This document shows positions 11,401-21,600 of a stretch of 64,000 nt of DNA, piece after piece; positions within the stretch are counted from its first letter, which is position 1, and each line of letters begins with the position of its first letter. A program made the translations under genes and the position numbers. Under the pieces are notes generated by a model that saw nothing but the letters and a program-made list of their open reading frames with translations, searched no databases and had not been told where the DNA came from. Origin of the DNA: Gemmatimonas sp. (GTDB taxonomy: Bacteria; Gemmatimonadota; Gemmatimonadetes; Gemmatimonadales; Gemmatimonadaceae); contig OZ257156.1 of assembly GCA_965279375.1 (NCBI GenBank), positions 1,568,001 through 1,632,000 of the forward strand, read 5' to 3'.

Positions 11401-12165
11401 CGGCGCATCCACCACGGTGCTTAGCCCACGCCCGATGAAGTTGGAACCCGGACGCGTGCGCAACGAGAATTGCCCGCCGCTGAAGCCACCGCGAGACACA
11501 TCGTACGGCGAGGTGTTGAGCGCTGAGAGCACCGACGCATCGCGTGGGAGCCCTGCGCCACCGAAGTTCAGGCCGTTGAGCGTCGTGTTGTTCTGGTCTG
11601 CGCCAAGCCCGAGCACGGAGAAGCCGTTGGCGCCGCCGTCCTGCCCGGGCACCAACTGCACGCCGGGCAGCGTCGCAGCCATCGCGGCAAGATCGCCGAT
11701 CTGATCCGGCGGGAGCGCGGTGTTCTGCACAATACGCTCGGTTCCCGCGATGTCCGGTGGCGATGGGTCGTTGCGCGAGACCTTATCGCGCGCCGCCGTC
11801 ACCTTCACCTGATCGAGCACGGCGCCGACCTTGGTGAGCTTGGCATCCGCCACGAGAATTTCTTCGTCTGCGGCCCGCTTGATCTCGAAGCGCTTGGACG
11901 CGTATCCCAGGATGTTCATCGAGATCATGTAGTCGCCATCGCCACCCGGGAAGGTGACGGTGAAGCGACCGGCTCGATCGGTGCGCGCCGTGCGGTTCAC
12001 GTTCCCCGAGATCGAGGTGACGACCACGGCCACCCCTTCCAGCGGCAGGCTGTCGTTGCCGATCACTCGGCCTCGAATCACGTCGACGTTCTGCGCAGCG
12101 AGTGTTCGAGATGGGGCGGCAAGCGCCGCGAGCATCAGGGAAAGCAGGAGCAGCAAGCGTCGCAT
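8413..12165 (-). CDS. TonB-dependent/Oar-like outer-membrane receptor with N-terminal carboxypeptidase-regulatory-like domain and C-terminal helical extension
   Basis: Signal peptide from ATG 12165; IRGRV..PLEGV..TDRAGRF domain; plug (LPGV..NNTTLNG..GGFSGG..TRPG); amphipathic barrel strands (LQYGVRLD, ISPRLGFAY, VVRGGIGVF). Confidence 0.8.
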   Translation of the reverse strand: MRRLLLLLSLMLAALAAPSRTLAAQNVDVIRGRVIGNDSLPLEGVAVVVTSISGNVNRTARTDRAGRFTVTFPGGDGDYMISMNILGYASKRFEIKRAADEEILVADAKLTKVGAVLDQVKVTAARDKVSRNDPSPPDIAGTERIVQNTALPPDQIGDLAAMAATLPGVQLVPGQDGGANGFSVLGLGADQNNTTLNGLNFGGAGLPRDASVLSALNTSPYDVSRGGFSGGQFSLRTRPGSNFIGRGLSTVVDAPALQWTDRAARALGQEFSNLSLGGSVSGPLVIDKAFYNVSYQLGRRSSDLLTLLNTNPTGLQTSGIASDSVQRLVSLLQNGRVPTSFGGLPGSRLSDQGSLFGAIDFTPPTSNSGQALNLTFNGSWNKQDPATSLTTSLPTAAGDRTSLNGGVQGRHSGYFTLRGIGVLTETSVGLSGSKNDGTPYVNLPGGRVRVNSTFADGTSGVQSLSFGGNQFLGTSQSSTSLNALNTLSWFSANNKHRLKFSAEARLDGNSQDQTINRLGTFNYNSLADLQAGLPSSFTRTLIPRSRQSNIAIGAFSLGDSWRKSSNLQLQYGVRLDANRFLDTPSRNAEIERVFGVRNDRVPNGVYISPRLGFAYTYGTGAQIGAFEGAFRGPRAVVRGGIGVFQNTPQAALVGSAIDNTGLPGAIQQLICVGPATPTADWASYVDPSRIPSTCANGSGGTVFNNSAPNVTLFAKDWAAPSSVRSNLQWNGPILRNRFTATIDGTFSYNTRQGSIVDRNFAAVQRFALGNEGQRPVFVLPTSIVPLTGAIAAGDARVAQAFGRVTEQRSDLNSMSRQLSLRLSPMNFSTNFSWSLNYTYSNVREQFRGFSSTAGNPTGVEWGRSSFDSRHQLIYNLSYNAFDLIRIGWFGQFRSGTPFTPTVAGDINGDGFTNDRAFIYTPTTASDPAVAAGMQALLASGSRAARDCLSRQAGTIAARNSCQGPWTSTANLSISFNPLKVRLPQRATLSFNISNPLGAADLLLHGENKLRGWGQTPFPDQSLLYVRGFDASTQRYKYEVNQRFGATNPAFNTFRTPVTVQAMLRYDIGPTRERQALTQNLDRGRTTRGSKPTEQLLKAQFGNGGVPNPMATILRDQDTLKLSSDQADSLASMNRRYTVRLDSIWSPIMKQFSLLPDRYDHDRVYDQYRRSREASIDMLMQIAPTIQALLTPEQRRRLPPFVASSLDKRYLASVRSGTAGGGGGIMLPGGMGGAMQFGAGGGGAQTIMIMR

Positions 12166-12305
12166 GGAGCGGCAGTCGGTCAGAGAGGGCACGTGGCGCA
12201 CCCGGGACAGGGTGCTGCCGGGGATACGCGCAGGGTAGGGCTCTCGTTTCGACACAGCCCGCCCGGGAACGGTTCACTCGGATTCTGAGGCAGCTGCAGC
12301 GCTGG

Positions 12306-12379
12306 CTCCGGTTGCCAGTCACGGTGTCTGCAGTTCGGTAACCGGAGACAGCCGGATGGAGCGAACGACGTATCCGGCT
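12306..12379. other. Two adjacent hairpins just downstream of murB
   Basis: ctccggttgcc(12306-16)/ggtaaccggag(12337-47) and agccggat(12350-57)/atccggct(12372-79); no U-tract. Confidence 0.4.
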
Positions 12380-12384
12380 ACCGG

Positions 12385-13326
12385 TTAGAACTCGCCGATG
12401 AAGCCGATTTCCGTTTCCAAATGATGCCCGAACTTCTCGCGGACGGCGGACTGTGCGTGTGAGATCAGCGCCCGAACATTAGCCGCCGTCGCGGCGCCGA
12501 GGTTTACCAGAATGTTCGCATGGATGTGCGAAATCTGCGCATCACCCACACGGAATCCCTTGAGGCCGCACTGATCGATCAGTCGGCCTGCGCCAATTCC
12601 TTCGATCTTCTTGAAGATCGAACCGGCGCTTGGATGAATCGCCAGCCACGGATGACGCGAGCCGCGCCACGACAGATTCTCCTGCAGAATGCGATGCAGA
12701 TCTGCGGGATCTGCTGGCGTCAGGCGAAACGACGCCGAGAGCACGATGTCGCGGGTGTGGTGAAAGACCGATTGGTCGTAACCGAATCCGATATAGTCGG
12801 CGCGTACTGTCTTGCGCGTACCGTCCTCCGCCAGAATCTCGCAGGCATCGAAGACATCGGCGATGAACATCGTGCGTTCACGCTCGGGGGCTGGCGACAG
12901 GAAGTGCAGATTCTGCCACAGCGCACCACCAACCGTGCTGGGAATGCCAACGAAGTGCTCCAGCCCCGACCATCCCTGACGCACGGTCTCCAGCACGAGA
13001 TCCTGCACCACCGCACCGCTTTCACTCCACAACACGCCGTCCGCGCTCAGCGTGTGCGCCGTTGCGCGATTGCGAATCACGAGTCCGCGGAACCCCTTGT
13101 CGCCAACGAGGATGTTCGCGCCGAGTCCGAGCACGAACCACGGCACGCCAAGTGTCCGCGCGGCGGTGACGGCTGCGGCGAGATCATCGGCGCTGGTGGC
13201 CTCGAAGAGCACATCGGCCGGGCCGCCGATGCGAAAGGTGGTGTACTGGGCGAGCGGTGCGCGCAGCTGTAGTCGTGCGCGGTCGAGCGTGCCGGAGAGT
13301 GCGTCGGCGAGCTGTTCGGGGGTCAT
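12385..13326 (-). CDS. murB: UDP-N-acetylenolpyruvoylglucosamine reductase (divergent)
   Basis: TTFRIGGPA, LGLGANILV, GLEHFVGIP, PSAGSIFK, AGRLIDQCGLKG, HANILVN, LETEI; start taken at ATG 13326, after the M28 stop. Confidence 0.88.
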   Translation of the reverse strand: MTPEQLADALSGTLDRARLQLRAPLAQYTTFRIGGPADVLFEATSADDLAAAVTAARTLGVPWFVLGLGANILVGDKGFRGLVIRNRATAHTLSADGVLWSESGAVVQDLVLETVRQGWSGLEHFVGIPSTVGGALWQNLHFLSPAPERERTMFIADVFDACEILAEDGTRKTVRADYIGFGYDQSVFHHTRDIVLSASFRLTPADPADLHRILQENLSWRGSRHPWLAIHPSAGSIFKKIEGIGAGRLIDQCGLKGFRVGDAQISHIHANILVNLGAATAANVRALISHAQSAVREKFGHHLETEIGFIGEF

Positions 13327-13343
13327 GCCGAAAAGTAGTCGCG

Positions 13344-15068
13344 CTAGCGTGTGCCGCGCTTGAGCGAGGCTCGCTTGAGCGCCTGTTCGCGGCGCGCACG
13401 AAACTCCGAGCCCGCAGTCCAGGTCGGCCACGTCGTACCGTTGGCGACATCACAGGCGACGCGGAAGGTGAGCCGCGTGTCCTCGACGATGCCGGTGAGG
13501 TCCCAATCCGCCTTCACATCATCGCTGGGCTTGTGGTAGTCGCGGGCGATGTAGTCGCCCCGCACCTTGGCCTCGTAGCCGGCAGGCTTGTCGAGATAGT
13601 CGGTGCCGGGGAACAGAAACGACATCGCCGGTACGCCCTGTCTGGCGAACTCGAAATGATCCGCGCGATAGAAGTAGCCTTTCTCCGATTCGGGATCGGG
13701 CTTGACGAGACGATTGTCCTTCGCCGCTTCACGCACGAGAATGTCCTCGAGCGACGACTGGCCCACGCCGAGGCTGACGATGGACTTGGTGCGCCCGTAG
13801 GCGTTCATCGCGTCCATGTTGATATTGGCGAGCGTCCGTTCGAGTGGATACAACGGATGCGCACCGTACCAGCGAGAGCCGAGCAATCCAGCTTCCTCAG
13901 CAGTCACCGCGAGAAAGATGATCGAACGTTTGGGAGGTGTGCTGAGGGCAGCGAATGCGCGCGCTTGCGCGAGGAGCCACGCCACACCCGTCGCATCGTC
14001 GAGCGCGCCGTTGTAGATGGAGTCACCGTTGATGGCGCGGCCGATACCGAAGCCATCCCAGTGCGCGGACATGACGACGAACTCGCGCTTGAGGGTCGCG
14101 TCTGATCCGTCGAGACGCGCAACGACATTGCGCGACTGCATACGACGCACCGTGTTGCGCACGTTGAACGACGCAGTCGATCCCAGTGTGACCGGCGAAA
14201 AGGCGCGAGTACGCGCCTTACGCTCCAGCGCGTCGAAATCCTGACCAGCCGCTGCCATCAGCCGCTTGGCTACGTCGAGCTGAATCCACCCTTCGACGCT
14301 CGCGTGCGCGGGACCGTTGGCGATCTCCAGCTTCTCGCGCGCATTGCTTTGCACGGTGGTCCATGGATAGCCCGCCGGTCCTGTCTGATGCACCAGCAGT
14401 ACTGCGGCCGCGCCTTTGGCTGCGGCGATCTCGAACTTGTAGGTCCAGCGACCGTAGTACGTCATCGCTCGGCCGCGAAACATCGTGCTGTCGAGCTGTG
14501 TGGTGTCGCGAGGGTTGAGGACCGGTGGATCGCCAACCAGCATCACGATCGTCTTGCCACGTACGTCAACGCCCTTGAAATCATCCCACTGGTACTCGGG
14601 GGCTACGACGCCATAGCCGACGAACACGATGTCGCTCGGCTTCACGGAGACCAGCGTGTCCGGGCGCAGCGACCACGCGACGATGTCGTCGAGCGGAGCA
14701 AGTGATGTCGTCGAACCCTTGCTGGAGATGCGGGTGGTGACGGCAGATGTGGTTCCGACGAGCGGCACCATCTGGATGTAGCCGCCGCCCGGGTTGCCGG
14801 GCTTGAGACCGATGCGTCGAAACTCTCGCTGCAGGAAGGCCACGCTGGAGTCTTCGCCACGAGTACCCGGCGCTCGCCCTTCGAACGGGTCGGAGGCAAG
14901 CGTCGAGATATCACGGAGTATGGCTGGCGCGGTGATCGACGCGGCTGCGCGCGCGATCTCAGCGGTTGTACCACGCTGTGCGCTCAACTCTGCACTCAGC
15001 AGACCGGTCGCGGTGCAGAAGATGGCAGCGCAGAGAGTGCGTCGCGGCAGCATGGCGATACGAGGCAT
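13344..15068 (-). CDS. M28 family peptidase with PA domain, secreted
   Basis: LASDPFEGRAPG, FVGYGVVAPE, SAHWD, NGALDDATG, TAEEAGLLGS, NINMD, RADH, DYHKPSD. Confidence 0.9.
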   Translation of the reverse strand: MPRIAMLPRRTLCAAIFCTATGLLSAELSAQRGTTAEIARAAASITAPAILRDISTLASDPFEGRAPGTRGEDSSVAFLQREFRRIGLKPGNPGGGYIQMVPLVGTTSAVTTRISSKGSTTSLAPLDDIVAWSLRPDTLVSVKPSDIVFVGYGVVAPEYQWDDFKGVDVRGKTIVMLVGDPPVLNPRDTTQLDSTMFRGRAMTYYGRWTYKFEIAAAKGAAAVLLVHQTGPAGYPWTTVQSNAREKLEIANGPAHASVEGWIQLDVAKRLMAAAGQDFDALERKARTRAFSPVTLGSTASFNVRNTVRRMQSRNVVARLDGSDATLKREFVVMSAHWDGFGIGRAINGDSIYNGALDDATGVAWLLAQARAFAALSTPPKRSIIFLAVTAEEAGLLGSRWYGAHPLYPLERTLANINMDAMNAYGRTKSIVSLGVGQSSLEDILVREAAKDNRLVKPDPESEKGYFYRADHFEFARQGVPAMSFLFPGTDYLDKPAGYEAKVRGDYIARDYHKPSDDVKADWDLTGIVEDTRLTFRVACDVANGTTWPTWTAGSEFRARREQALKRASLKRGTR

Positions 15069-15506
15069 CTACTTCCGTTTGTTGATCGTTGTGACTTCGA
15101 TGACACCCATCTCGTGGCCGGGGCCTCGCATCTGGATGGCACGGTTCTGGTCGAGGAAGCGCATTTCCACGACGGCCGCTGCCTTGACCGTCTTCAGGTC
15201 TTCAACGGAAGGCTGCCGAGTGTCATCAATGTAGACCACAACGTCCGTGGCCCCGCCTGTCGCGCCATCCATTCCGCTCGCCACCGTGCGGCCGCGCGAC
15301 GGGCTGAGCCACATCGGGCGCATAGTCCGGATGGCATCGTAGACCGTGTTCACACTGGCCGGCGCTTCTGCGAGATCATCCTTGGTGAGGCGCGCCCGGT
15401 CGCCGCGCTGCTTCGACTGTGCCTGCGCCTCGTGCGGCGCAGCCAGCAGTGCTACTGCCACGAACAGTCCGGCCAGAGAGAATCGACGCAAGCGGAACGG
15501 GCGCAT
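15069..15506 (-). CDS. Small secreted protein resembling a stand-alone TonB receptor plug domain
   Basis: Signal peptide (..AQAQ); VVVYID..L..V....V.E.RF.....A....G....GVIEVTT plug-type C-terminus; no barrel follows. Confidence 0.6.
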   Translation of the reverse strand: MRPFRLRRFSLAGLFVAVALLAAPHEAQAQSKQRGDRARLTKDDLAEAPASVNTVYDAIRTMRPMWLSPSRGRTVASGMDGATGGATDVVVYIDDTRQPSVEDLKTVKAAAVVEMRFLDQNRAIQMRGPGHEMGVIEVTTINKRK

Positions 15507-15541
15507 GGCAAGCCTCGCGGAGGAAATGAAGGTGCGTTGAA

Positions 15542-16108
15542 TCAGCGCTTCGGATTGGAGCTCGCGGCGCCTTCGAGAAGTTTGCGTCGCTGCGGTACGA
15601 AGGACGAGGGTAGCCAGCTCTTTTGGTCGCTGTCGACGCCAAGCTTGGTGCTGACGACTTCCACGCGGTCCGGCACGACGCGCACGAGTACGACGCTGGT
15701 GTCCTGGTCCGCGTAGAACGGTGTCCACGCTGGATTCCAGTGCGCACGCTTGGTTGCACGATCCCTCACGAGATACGCCCGGCCGGTGATGGCCACGTAG
15801 CTCAGCCGTTCGCGATCGAAGTAGTGCAGCGCCGCTCGTGAGTTCGCGCGCAGCTGTTGCACTTTGCGCGTGCGCGGATTGGTGGCAAACCACACCACCC
15901 AGTTGGAGTCGGGCTCCACGGGCTGGACCGTGCGTGACTGCGGCTGACCGCTGCCGTCGACGGTGATGAAGGTCGCGTAGGTTGCGGAGGTCACGATGGA
16001 GCGCGCGGCTGCGGGCAGGTCGACCGTCGTCGGCGGCGCTGATTGCGCGACGAGCGACGACGCGAGCAGGGTGCCGCTCAACGACAGCGTCAGGGTAAGG
16101 CGATTCAT
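15542..16108 (-). CDS. Pyridoxamine 5'-phosphate oxidase-like FMN-binding protein with signal peptide
   Basis: FITVDGSGQPQSR, VWFATNPRTRKV, YVAITGRA. Confidence 0.8.
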   Translation of the reverse strand: MNRLTLTLSLSGTLLASSLVAQSAPPTTVDLPAAARSIVTSATYATFITVDGSGQPQSRTVQPVEPDSNWVVWFATNPRTRKVQQLRANSRAALHYFDRERLSYVAITGRAYLVRDRATKRAHWNPAWTPFYADQDTSVVLVRVVPDRVEVVSTKLGVDSDQKSWLPSSFVPQRRKLLEGAASSNPKR

Positions 16109-16159
16109 GTGCTCCGCCGTGGATACGTGCGGTGATCGAGATGACTGCTCACCGCTGGA

Positions 16160-18454
16160 CTAGAACGCCAGCATCTGCGTGAACTTCACGATCAGCGCTC
16201 GTCCCGTCACCGGGCTATCCGGCGTGAGGATGCGCTGGTCGTTGTAGACGATGAACAGGTCGCTGAGCGGATGATGGATGATATTGAAGCGCACGTTCGC
16301 GTTGAACTGCTTGCTCGTCTCGTCGTACTGCGAGAGCGCGTCCACGAACATGTTCGTGGTGAACGAATAGTTCACGCGCGCCGTCACGACGTTGTTGACG
16401 AAGGCGAGGTTGGGCTGGGTCAGCGTCGCAGCGGTGCGCTGCACACCCAGCGTCGCACGCAGCTTGTAGTTCGCGCGCAGCGTCATCGAGCCGTTGATGG
16501 TGCGCTGTGTGCCGTTGTACAGCCCGCCAAAGAGGTAACGAACATTGGCGGAGATGGCTCGGCTCTGGTCGGTTATTCCATACAGCGACCATTCATTCCA
16601 CGCATAGCCGCCTGCGGCCAGCGGCGCGCGCATGTTGCGGTTGGGGCGGAATGGCGCGTCGAGGCGATTGAAGGTGGGATTGACGGCGACCTCGAAGACC
16701 GCGCCGTTGTTGAAGAACCACGACTGCCCAGAGTGCAGCTTCTTGCTGACGACGCGCCCCTGCAGATCCTCCTGGTAGTCCCACGTCACGTGCGGGTGCA
16801 GCTCGCGAATGCCGTGCGTACGCAACCATGCAGAACGCGGGCGAATGCCCGTGTCGAGCAGATACTTGCGCATGTCTGTGCGGCGATAGAATCCGAGATC
16901 GTTCTGGAAGCCGGCGCCCAGCTGCATCACGCCGCCTTTCACGTGCAGGAAATTGCCCTCACGATTGAGCGTCGTACGCCATGCATAGTCACCCTTGGTG
17001 ATGCCGGGCGTTTCGGTCTTCACGACGTACGAATTCCAGTCGAGCGTCTTGAAGAGTCGGACGTTGTTGTCGATGCCGTACACGCGATTGATGTAGTCGC
17101 CGCGGCGGTTGCGGATGCCGGTGTCGGCGCCGCCCAGATTCGCACGTTGCATCGCGAACACCCCGACGTCGCTCCCCGAGCGACCGAGGTTCTGTCGGAA
17201 GCGCAGCACACTCGAGTTGGCGCGTGGATTCAGCTCGTCGCCTCGCTCGGAGATGGAGAGCAACCCCACACGCGTGCCCTCGGTGAGCTTACCGGTGAGT
17301 CGCACCCCGCCATCGATCGGGATCTGCAGCCCCGACGAGCTCAAGCCGATGCGGCGTGAGAAGAAGAGCAGGTTGTCTTCGTCGGGCGTTGGCGTCGGGT
17401 TCACGCGATTGTTGCGCGCGGCATCACCCACGTAGAACACGCCCGAATTCTCGAGGAAGAAGTCGCGCTTCTCCGGGAAGAACTGTGAGAACTGCGTCAG
17501 GTTGACCTGCTGCTCGTCCGCTTCGGCCTGGCCAAAGTCCGGATTGATCGTGAGGTCGAGCGTTAAACCCGGAGTGAGCGCTGCCTTGAGGTCCGCCCCG
17601 ATCGCTGCGTTGTTGGCAAAGGTCGGATTGGGGCGAGCCTTGGTGCCGAGATCGCGCACGGTGTTGCCGACGATGAACGGCTTGATGCGCAGGTCGCGCC
17701 CCGACTTACCCGTCTGCAGGCCGGCAAGATTGCCCGCCAGCGAAATGCGATTGAGGTTGAACGCGCGCGGCACCGGCGACCAGAAGTCGATCTCGTTCTT
17801 GCGGCGCACATGGCGCGAGAAGTTGATCCCCCACTGTGTCGCACCGGACTTGTCGAAGCGCAGCGCGCGAAAGGGAATACGCAGCTCGGCGGTCCAGCCG
17901 CCCTCGTAGCGGTGCGTGTGCACTTCCCAGACCGCGTCCCAGCTCTGGTTCACTTCGCGTCCTTCGAGCGCGACCTGTCGGTCGTGCCGCGCGCCTTCCA
18001 CGTTCGTGCTGAACACGTAGCCGTTGCGACGGTCGCCGAACGTGTCGAGCAGCAGTTCGAAGTCGTCCTGGTCTTCTTCCTTGAAGTCCTTTTTGATATC
18101 CGTCACCAGCAGCGACTTGGGGTGCGAGTCGTGCATGTTGGCCGCGACGTACAGGTTGTCATCGTCGAACGCCACCCACACTTCCGTTGCTTCGGTGGCG
18201 GGCTGTCCGGTGAGTGGCTCGCTCTGCACGAAGTCCGCCGCCGGCTTGGAGGACTTCCACACCAGTTCATCGAGCACGCCATCGACCTTGATGGCGCCGG
18301 TGGTCTTCGTGGCCGTCACTTCACGTCGGGCATCCTGCACTGGGCGCGATATGGGTTGCTGCGCCACGCCGCGCTGCGGAAGCAGCAGGCATACAGCGAT
18401 CAGAGCGACCTGTGTGGTGCGGCCGGTGGCGATGACGGAAATCGGCGAGGGCAT
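16160..18454 (-). CDS. CBM9-like/DUF5916 outer-membrane protein
   Basis: IKVDGVLDE..W, GWTAELRIPF..LRF, LDLTINPDFGQAEAD, FPEKRDFFLE, FFSRRIG; C-terminal Phe. Confidence 0.85.
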   Translation of the reverse strand: MPSPISVIATGRTTQVALIAVCLLLPQRGVAQQPISRPVQDARREVTATKTTGAIKVDGVLDELVWKSSKPAADFVQSEPLTGQPATEATEVWVAFDDDNLYVAANMHDSHPKSLLVTDIKKDFKEEDQDDFELLLDTFGDRRNGYVFSTNVEGARHDRQVALEGREVNQSWDAVWEVHTHRYEGGWTAELRIPFRALRFDKSGATQWGINFSRHVRRKNEIDFWSPVPRAFNLNRISLAGNLAGLQTGKSGRDLRIKPFIVGNTVRDLGTKARPNPTFANNAAIGADLKAALTPGLTLDLTINPDFGQAEADEQQVNLTQFSQFFPEKRDFFLENSGVFYVGDAARNNRVNPTPTPDEDNLLFFSRRIGLSSSGLQIPIDGGVRLTGKLTEGTRVGLLSISERGDELNPRANSSVLRFRQNLGRSGSDVGVFAMQRANLGGADTGIRNRRGDYINRVYGIDNNVRLFKTLDWNSYVVKTETPGITKGDYAWRTTLNREGNFLHVKGGVMQLGAGFQNDLGFYRRTDMRKYLLDTGIRPRSAWLRTHGIRELHPHVTWDYQEDLQGRVVSKKLHSGQSWFFNNGAVFEVAVNPTFNRLDAPFRPNRNMRAPLAAGGYAWNEWSLYGITDQSRAISANVRYLFGGLYNGTQRTINGSMTLRANYKLRATLGVQRTAATLTQPNLAFVNNVVTARVNYSFTTNMFVDALSQYDETSKQFNANVRFNIIHHPLSDLFIVYNDQRILTPDSPVTGRALIVKFTQMLAF

Positions 18455-18658
18455 GGGCAGCGGCGAGGAGAAGGCCAAGACGGTTCGATCTTCGACATTC
18501 TACCGCAGAAAGGTCCAGTCCGCCGTGCTTGGCGTAACGATGCCCGGGCACGAACGACCCGCCATGACGCCCACGGCGGCCACCCCCAATCGCCCGTACA
18601 TTTTCCGGGCAATTGCACTGGCAACACCCACGGTCCTGTTCACGATTGGAGTCTGTTC

Positions 18659-21600
18659 ATGTCACGCCTGGCACCTCGGTTCCTTCTGCTGGCGGCGCTG
18701 CCGATCGCCAGCCTTTCCTCGCAGGGCAGCCCACGGACGGGAGGCTCGACGCGCGCGCCGAGTCCTGATGCATCGACAGCGTCGATGTCCGACTCGACGT
18801 TTGCTGGTTTGTCCTATCGCAACATCGGGCCGGCCAACATGTCGGGGCGCATGAGCGACGTCGAAGGCATCCCCGGCGATCCAAGCACCCTGTACATCTC
18901 CGCCGCATCCGGTGGCGTCTGGAAGACGACGAACGGTGGCGTGACGTGGAAGCCGCTCTTTGACAAGCAACCGGTGCAGTCGATCGGTGACATGGCCGTC
19001 GATCCGACCAACCCCGACGTGATCTACGTGGGCACCGGCGAGGCGAACGTGCGCAACTCTGTCTCGTTCGGGCAGGGTGTCTACAAGTCCACCGATGGCG
19101 GTCGCACGTGGAAGCTGTTGGGGCTCACGGACTCGCGTCACATCTCGCGTATCGTCATCAACCCCATCGATCCGCGCAAAGTGTACGTGGCAGCGATCGG
19201 CCACGCCTTTGGCCCCAATGAGGAACGCGGTGTCTTCATGAGCGAGGATGCCGGCGAGACGTGGAAGAAGGTGCTGTACATCGACAACGTGCATGGCGCG
19301 TCCGACATCGACATCGATCCGAAGAACCCGAACCTGCTGTACGCCGGCATGTGGCTCTTCGATCGCAAGCAGTGGACCTTCACCTCCGGCGACGAAAAGG
19401 GTGGCATCTATCGCTCTGCCGACGGCGGCAAGACATGGACGAAGGCCACCAAGGGGCTGCCCAAGCTGATGGGACGCATCGGTATCAAGGTGGCGCCATC
19501 ATCGCCCAACATCGTGTACTCCGTCGCTGAAACGCGCGAAGGGTACGTCTTCAAGTCCACCGACTACGGCGAGACGTGGACCAAGACCAGCGACAATGCG
19601 CACACGCTTGGTCGTGGCTTCTACTACGCCGATCTGCGCGTCGATCCCACCAATGAGAATCGCGTCTACACGCTGGGCATGTCGTTCAGTGTATCGGTGG
19701 ATGGCGGGCTGACCTTCAAGCCGATGACGGGCAACTTCCACGGCGATCATCAGACGATGTGGATCGATCCGAAGAACACGCGTCGCATGTTCATGGGTGA
19801 CGATGGCGGCTTGAACGTCAGCTACGATCAGGGTGGCGCGTGGCAGTGGTTCCCCAACTTGCCGGTCGGCCAGTTCTATCAGATCAGCTACGACATGCGC
19901 GAGCCGTACTACTCGGTGTCGGGCGGCCTGCAGGACAACGGCACATGGGTGGGACCGAGTCGTTCGCGCGGCGGGTCCATTTTGTCGGAGTCGTGGCGCT
20001 TCATTCAGGGTGGCGATGGCTACTACGCCGTGTCGCATCCGGACGATCCCGATCGCTTTCTCTCCGATCTGCAGGCCGGTGGCATCGTCGCGACGAATCT
20101 GCGCACGTTCGAGCAACGCGAAGCCAGTCCGCAGGTGAAGCGCATGGACGGCTATCCGGCCGACTCCAACAAGGTGCGCTTCAACTGGAACGCGCCGATC
20201 GTGAAGTCGCCGCACGATGGCAAGATCGTCTACTTCGCGGGCAACATCGTCTTCCGCTCCAGCGATTGGGGGACTACGTGGACCGCGATCTCGCCCGATC
20301 TGTCGAAGAACGACAAATCAAAGCAGGGAGACGCCGGTGGTCCGATTCTCAAGGAGAATACTGTCGCCGAGTACTACGGGACCGTGTTCTCGCTCGAGGA
20401 ATCGCCGGTGAAGAAGGGCGTGATCTGGGTGGGCACGGATGACGGCAACGTGCAGGTGACGCAGGATGACGGAAAGACGTGGACGAACGTCGCGCCGAAC
20501 ATTCCGGGCGTCGGCATCAACGCCGTCGTCTCTGCTGTTGAACCGTCGCACACCGATGCAGGCACGGCGTACGTGGGCATCGAGCGGCGCATGATGGACG
20601 ACTTCAAGCCGTATGTGTTCAAGACAACGGACTTCGGCAAGACGTGGACGAACATCACCGGCAACATGCCCGTTGGCGCGTACGTGCAAGTGGTGCGCGA
20701 AGACCCGAAGAATACGAACCTCGTCTACGTCGGTACTGAGCTTGGTCTCTACGCCAACTGGAACGGCGGGCGCGGCGACTGGACCAAGCTGCACCTCGGC
20801 AATCTTCCCAACGTGGCCGTGCACGAAGTGCGCGTTCATCCGCGCGAGAACGATCTGATCGTGGCCACGCACGGGCGTGCGATCTGGATTCTCGACGATG
20901 CCGCGCCCATTCAACAGATGACCGCGCAGATCGCGGCCAAAGCGGCGCATCTGTTTCCGCTGCGCGCCGCCACGCGCGTGAACACCGGCGGCGGCGAGTG
21001 GAACTGGGGCAGTCTGGCCTTCAAGGGAAAGAATGCGGAGTACGGGGCAACGATCTCGTACTGGATGAAGGACAAGCCGGCGTCGGACTCGCTCGTCAAG
21101 ATCGAGATTCTCAAGGAGGGCGCCGTCATCCGCACGCTCAAGAAACCGTCGGCCGCGCAAGGGTTCAATCGCGTGACGTGGGATTTGCGCTACGATGCCC
21201 CCAAGGTGTTGAGCGACATGCCGGCCGATTCGTCGGAAGCGGGTGATTGGCGCTCGCGTCCCGTGGGCGCGCAGGCGCTGCCCGGCAGCTACGCTGTGCG
21301 GCTGACGGTGAACGGTCAGTCACAGGAGCAGCCGCTCACCATTCGCATCGATCCGTCGAGTGGCATCACGATGGCCACGCTGCAGACGCAATTCACGCAG
21401 GCACAGCGGCTCAACGAAGTCATCACCAACCTCATCGAAACGGAGCGCGCTCTCGTCGCCTTCCGCGGCCAGATCGAGGAACGCAGCACGTCGGGTGTTG
21501 AGATGCGCGGCATCGTCGCGGCCAAGTCGCTGGTGACCGCGGCTGGCGAAGAGATCGGCAAGCTCGACTCGGTGCGACTGCAGGTCACGCGGCCTCGCCT

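Noticed and set aside
12290..12384. Possible c-di-GMP or other riboswitch upstream of the barrel gene
   Set aside because: Only two simple hairpins; I could not find the conserved aptamer motifs.
17810..18658. N-terminal 283 aa of the 1349-aa ORF
   Set aside because: Antisense shadow of the DUF5916 gene; the real signal peptide begins at 18659.
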